Below, in pieces: positions 46,383 to 50,975 of a stretch of 50,975 nt of DNA (the first letter of the stretch is position 1; the number at the start of each line of letters is the position of its first letter). The position numbers and the translations under genes are program-made. This DNA comes from Candidatus Yanofskybacteria bacterium. Lineage in GTDB: Bacteria > Patescibacteriota > Minisyncoccia > 2-02-FULL-40-12 > GWA2-44-9. The notes under the pieces are model-generated. The model ran no database searches. It was given only the letters and a program-made list of their open reading frames with translations, and was not told where the DNA came from. The stretch is from contig PLYL01000022.1 of the NCBI GenBank assembly GCA_003151795.1, forward strand, positions 1 through 50,975, in the 5' to 3' direction.

Positions 46383-46648
46383 AAAGTGACAGTTACAAAA
46401 GTGACACGAAAATGTAACATTGGACTGTCACTTTCCCAAGGTCAGAATGTTACAAATGTTACAGTATAAAAGGAGTATGGACTGTAACATTCCGGTGTCT
46501 CATTTCAAAACCAGACCTGTCAAAAACCAAGGATATTTTAACGAATGAGACAAATGAGACACTGTAACGGTATTCGGGACTGTCTCATTTGTCTGTCCCA
46601 AATCTGACAAATGAGACAGTATAAAAAGATGTGGTTTGGTGTCAGATT
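46383..46648. repeat. Array of 9-bp AATGWKACA-like direct and inverted repeats
   Basis: Four head-to-head units with spacers of 19, 19, 19 and 21 bp. Confidence 0.85.
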
Positions 46649-46700
46649 TTAGGATGCATAAGACCTAGCTTTTATCAGCCAAAACTGATTAAATATAGAC

Positions 46701-49178
46701 ATGGGATTTGAAGGACCGCCACAAATTAAAAAGGTTGAGAAGTTGCCTGAACCAATTACGCCTCCGTCAGAGGAGGTTATTGAGTCGAAACTAGAAAGCC
46801 GAGAACAGCAAGCAGAAATTATAACCGAGGCTCAAGAAGCGCGTGGCGGTATAGCGAAAAACCTATTAACCTCTGAGATAGTTAGTAACGGACTGGATGT
46901 TCTGCCATTTGCCGGTAGTGGCAAGATGGTAGTTGAAGCTGTGTATGGTGGCACATTATCAGGTAGAGAACTATCAGGCAAAGACAGGATTATCCACGGA
47001 GCTATGGGTGCAGGTATGCTCGCGTTAGATTTCACGGGTGTCGGTGAAGCTATTGAGCTTGGCGGCAAAGCCATACCTCTTGTTGAAAAAATCGGAGCGT
47101 CATTAGCTGAAAAAGGAGCAATAAAAGGTGCTGCTATTTTTACAAAGACAGCTGAATTTATGGGTCGACATCCAGAACTTACTGCTAAAGCAGAAGCTTA
47201 TGCCGAAGGAGAATTAAGAGGAGTGATTACTCAAATAAAAGATTATCAAAAAGAAACTAGACCCGTTCAAGATGTTTCTGTAGAAGAACCTGTAATTGAA
47301 TCTTCACTAATTCCTGGAAGGAATTTAAATGATAATAAAGCTGTCGAGAAAGAATCTGAAAAATCTGTTCAACAAGAAGCCATTCAAGAGGTAGCAACTG
47401 AATCTCCATCACAAACTGAAACAGAAGTTGTGGGTAGAGAGAGTAGAGATTTTAGCAAAAAATATGGGTCGTTAGCTCGCAATGTTCTTGCGGGACAATT
47501 AAGGCACATGAAGGCAGAGTTATCGCAAGGTCGGTCAGGTAAACAAGAATCTTTACAACAAGAAATTTTGGAGAAGGAAAATAATCTTGGTGCTTTGGAA
47601 CAAGAATATAGTCAGCTAGAACAAGAGCTTAATGATAAAAAGAGTAGTTTTGTTAGTCGATTATTTAAACGCACTGAACTATCAAAGTTAGAGCAAAACT
47701 TACAAGAACGCAAAGCTACATTAGATGAGGTAAAAAAAGATATTACAGAACGACAACAATTATTATCAGAAGTTAGTGGATTAGCAGGAGCTGAACAAGA
47801 CCGTACGGAGGTGCGAAAAAAATTGGACGAGTTTTATAAAGACCAAGCTGGACTTAATGAACAATTCGAAAAGGAGCAAGGTGCAAGGAGTGTTGAAGAA
47901 ATTAGTAAAAAAGAAGGGGTATTATTTATTCATGCCATGTCCTTAGCGGGAGAGGTGCAAAACGGTTCAGAATACAATAACTCTGTTATTAACGGCGGAG
48001 CAGTTGATATTAAAACTAAATTAAAGTTAATTATGGGCTTAGAGCCTACGTTATCTTGTTCTACAATAAAAAATGGAGACACTAGAAATGAAATGTAACA
48101 AAAGTCAGGAATTATTCTTGGGCAAGGTAAGGTATTATTCGCAAAAGGCGAAGATGCTCGGACCATTGTTGATAGTAGCCCACTCACAAGACGTTCAAAA
48201 AATGAAACGGAGGATTATAATCCCCTAAGAAGTGACTTACAGCAAAATCCGGAAGGTAACATAAAAGAAGCTATCAATCACAAAGTTGATGGTAAAGAAG
48301 CATATATATCGGGTTATAATGAATTGATAGTTGAAAATCCACAATGTGCAGGTTTCTTTTTTGACGCAGAATCCTATAAAAAAGATACAGCTAAAATTGA
48401 GGAGTTACAAAAATTAGCTGAAGAATTTGGAGTTCCGTTGTATGAATGGAGAGATGGGAAAATGCAAGCATTTGAAGGTTTGGATAAAACAAATGGACAA
48501 GAAATCAGTACTTCTGAGTTACTAACTCGAGCACCAGAGCCATCGTCTGAAATTAAAAGACAATGGCTTGAGGATACTATAACTGAAAGACCATTTAAGA
48601 TAAATACAGAAGTTCAAAGAATGTACACGTCTTATGGTGACGGCGAGTTGGCTTATAAAATACTTACAGAAAAAGACCCTAGAAAGGCTTCAAACGCTAA
48701 AAAATTTAGTACGGATTATGCTTTAATAAAAAGGAAATTTAATGAGGATGAGGATCGGGTAGATGTGAGTGTAAACTCTCCAGAAAATTATTTACAAGAA
48801 ACAGATAATATTGTTAAGAGGTTGGAGAAAGATATTCAAAAATTAACTGTAGAACTTGCAAAACCTAACATTAAATACGAAAAGGCAAGATCATTGATGG
48901 AAGAAAAACAAGGATACAAAGAAAACATCGAGACTGTCTATGCTCTAGTTTATTCTATTAGCGAAACTGCTAGAAAAAATGACAATTTACCGATAGTAGG
49001 AATGATTGATAAATGGCTGATAGATCATTCGGCTAGAGAAAGAATGCAACAGTTCGTAAGCGAAAGAATTGATGAAGATGGGCAACTTAAATTCATAGAA
49101 GAAAAAGATGTGCCAAAAGAAGTTAGGGAAAGATTGGTAACTAATGCAAGTCTGGATACATTAAAGAAAGCAGCATGA
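46701..49178 (+). pseudogene. Polymorphic-toxin-like protein (PT-TG-like N-terminus, coiled coil, ART-like domain) split by one in-frame TAA at 48096-48098
   Basis: ORFs 46701-48098 and 48324-49178 share a frame and the 75 codons between them are open. Confidence 0.7.
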
Positions 49179-49345
49179 ACAAAGAAGAATTAAAACAAAT
49201 CATGATAAAACTGGTCGGGTTAGGCGAGGATAAAGACGAATTAGCCTACTGGCTTTATGTTTTTGATGATCTACCTGAAGAAAAACAAAAAGAAATAACA
49301 TCTAATTTTCAAGGTGAATTAAAGAAACTGTCTAGTACAACCTAA
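49175..49345 (+). CDS. Small 56-aa protein (absent from the ORF track)
   Basis: ATGA overlap; MNKEELKQIMIKLVGLGEDKDELAYWLYVFDDLPEEKQKEITSNFQGELKKLSSTT. Confidence 0.7.
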   Translation: MNKEELKQIMIKLVGLGEDKDELAYWLYVFDDLPEEKQKEITSNFQGELKKLSSTT

Positions 49346-49372
49346 AACCGCCCAGCTGGGCGGTTTTAGGTT
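49339..49372. terminator. Perfect 34-bp palindrome, probable terminator
   Basis: aacctaaaaccgcccagctgggcggttttaggtt. Confidence 0.75.
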
Positions 49373-49423
49373 ACCAACTACCCCGCCTGGACTCCCTTGC
49401 GGGTCTGCGTCATCTCTTAGGGT

Positions 49424-50746
49424 ATGAACAATACAACCCAAGTGCCAATCGGGGCTATGGCCAAGGGAATACCAGCCCCCATAAAGGTCAGATATTGCCT
49501 GTATGCAAGAAAAAGCACCGAGTCAGAAGAACAGCAGATCCTCAGTATAGATAGCCAAATCAAGGAGATGCTGGCTATAGCCGAGCGTGACCATCTGGAA
49601 GTAGTAGAGATCAAGAAGGAATCCCACTCTGCCAAGGAAGCCGGACAACGACCAGTCTTCAATGAAATCGTGGATGAAATCAAGATCGGCAAATTCAATG
49701 GCATCCTGACCTGGGCGGCCGATCGTATCTCCCGAAACGCCGGAGACTTAGGCCGAATCGTCGATCTCATGGATAGCCAACAACTCATTGAAATCCGAAC
49801 CTATGGGCAGAAATTCACCAATAGCCCGAATGAGAAGTTTCTTCTTATGATTCTCGGGAGCCAAGCCAAGCTCGAGAACGACAACAAGGTCGTAAATGTA
49901 AAGCGAGGGCTAAGAGCCAGATGCGAGATGGGCTTGTGGCCATGTACTGCCCCGACCGGATATCTAAACAGCACCAGCAAGGAGAAGAGTTGTCATGTTG
50001 AGTTAGATCCCCACCGAGCACCCGTCATCAAGAAGATGTTTGAAAAGATAGCTTATGAAAAATACAGCGGCCGGAGATTACACGCTTGGCTCAAAGATGA
50101 ACTGAAATTCACGACTAAGAATGGCAAGCCACTTACAATCAGTAATATCTATCTGACTCTTCGCAATACCTTCTACTATGGTAGTTTTGAATATCCGAGA
50201 GGCGGAGGTCAGTGGTATACCGGCAAGCATACGCCCATTATTACTAAGGAATTGTTTGATGCCGTTCAAGCCCAGATGTCAGACTATGAACTCAAAGGAA
50301 GCCATAAGGAGTTTGCCTTCACGAAATTAATGACCTGCGGTCTCTGTGGCAGTGGCATTACCGCCGATGAGAAATTCAAGAAACAGCAGAATGGCAATCT
50401 CCATCGCTATGTCTACTATGGTTGCTCAAGATTCCAAAATAAGAATTGCAAATCCGGCTATATGCGAGAGGAAGATTTGATTGAACAACTAGCTGGTCTT
50501 ATGGACAAGATCGACTTGGACGAGATTGGCATAAAAGAACGAATCAAATCTGAAATCGAACGGCACAAGAAATTCCAATCAGGGCTTCTTGGTATCAGAG
50601 AAAAATCAATCAAAGTTGGCGATATTGATATCCGGAACTATGCTAAATATATACTAAGAGACGGGACGATATTGGAGAAGCGGGAGTTACTAACTTGTCT
50701 GAGGAGTAAGATAACGATGGCGAACAAAGAAATTAAAATCATCTAG
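49424..50746 (+). CDS. Large serine recombinase (short C-terminal region)
   Basis: YARKS, DRISRN, PTGY, CGLCG...YYGC...C. Confidence 0.94.
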   Translation: MNNTTQVPIGAMAKGIPAPIKVRYCLYARKSTESEEQQILSIDSQIKEMLAIAERDHLEVVEIKKESHSAKEAGQRPVFNEIVDEIKIGKFNGILTWAADRISRNAGDLGRIVDLMDSQQLIEIRTYGQKFTNSPNEKFLLMILGSQAKLENDNKVVNVKRGLRARCEMGLWPCTAPTGYLNSTSKEKSCHVELDPHRAPVIKKMFEKIAYEKYSGRRLHAWLKDELKFTTKNGKPLTISNIYLTLRNTFYYGSFEYPRGGGQWYTGKHTPIITKELFDAVQAQMSDYELKGSHKEFAFTKLMTCGLCGSGITADEKFKKQQNGNLHRYVYYGCSRFQNKNCKSGYMREEDLIEQLAGLMDKIDLDEIGIKERIKSEIERHKKFQSGLLGIREKSIKVGDIDIRNYAKYILRDGTILEKRELLTCLRSKITMANKEIKII

Positions 50747-50750
50747 CTGA

Positions 50751-50796
50751 AAGCAAAGGAAAACCCATCAAATATTCGATGGGTTTTCCTTTGCTT
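50751..50796. terminator. Terminator hairpin between LSR3 and tRNA-Arg
   Basis: aagcaaaggaaaacccatc / gatgggttttcctttgctt. Confidence 0.8.
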
Positions 50797-50850
50797 GACT
50801 CAACCGAACCGGTGTCGCCTTGACCCCGTTCGGTCGGTCTCACATGCCTG

Positions 50851-50922
50851 TGCGCCCGGAGGGAATCGAACCCCCACCAACAGCTTCGAAGGCTGCTGCT
50901 CTATCCGTTGAGCTACGGGCGC
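50851..50922 (-). tRNA. tRNA-Arg(TCG)
   Basis: GCGCCCGTAGCTCAACGGATAGAGCA-GCAGC-CTTCGAA-GCTGT...GGTTCGATTCC...CGGGCGCA. Confidence 0.96.
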
Positions 50923-50975
50923 AAATTTGATTTTAAAATTTCTTCACTCCTTGGTGTATTTATTGTACCAAGTTA

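Larger units (their letters stand above)
46234..50857. mobile_element. LSR island 3 at tRNA-Arg(TCG), about 4.6 kb
   Basis: LSR convergent on the tRNA; tgtgtgccc (46234-46242) vs tgtgcgccc (50849-50857); AT-rich cargo. Confidence 0.6.

Noticed and set aside
46383-46648. CRISPR array
   Set aside because: Repeats are 9 bp and mixed direct/inverted, not 23-47-bp direct repeats; no cas genes in the window.
48096-48098. Alternative genetic code or stop reassignment
   Set aside because: TAA, TAG and TGA all terminate conserved genes normally elsewhere in the window.

Overview
This window looks like a Patescibacteria/CPR (Parcubacteria-like) chromosome segment. That assignment is inferred from gene content and style, not from a database search. 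It spans the replication origin (jag-yidC-yidD-rnpA-rpmH / dnaA-oriC-dnaN) and carries housekeeping genes (cca, nadK, pcrA, rsmA, PBP1A, tyrS, ruvC/yebC/ruvB, pilB, nusA, tig, iscS, tlyA). Accessory genes include an lnt + VirB6/PrgI/VirB4-like cluster, two toxin-antitoxin pairs and a fused R-M-S enzyme. Three large serine recombinase (LSR) genes each converge on a tRNA 3' end. The most striking signal is in the two tRNA-Ala-associated LSR elements. The complete one (5647-8382, bounded by a CCAC direct core) carries an internal, inverted, intact copy of its own reconstituted attP. Almost every base of its intergenic region (7127-7414) has a complementary partner elsewhere in the element. A single strand of the element could therefore fold into a double-stranded attP closed by a 3-way and a 4-way junction. 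The other element (171-1848) shows the same inverted-copy design with unrelated sequence. In both, integration replaces the recombinase C-terminus. Also notable are a tRNA-Ala(CGC) nested inside the anticodon loop of a second tRNA-Ala-like gene, a regular array of inverted 9-mers in the third island, a PT-TG/ART-like toxin interrupted by one stop codon, and many long hairpins and 7-bp periodic tracts, some inserted in frame into core genes. All alignments and coordinates were read by eye and may be off by a few bases.
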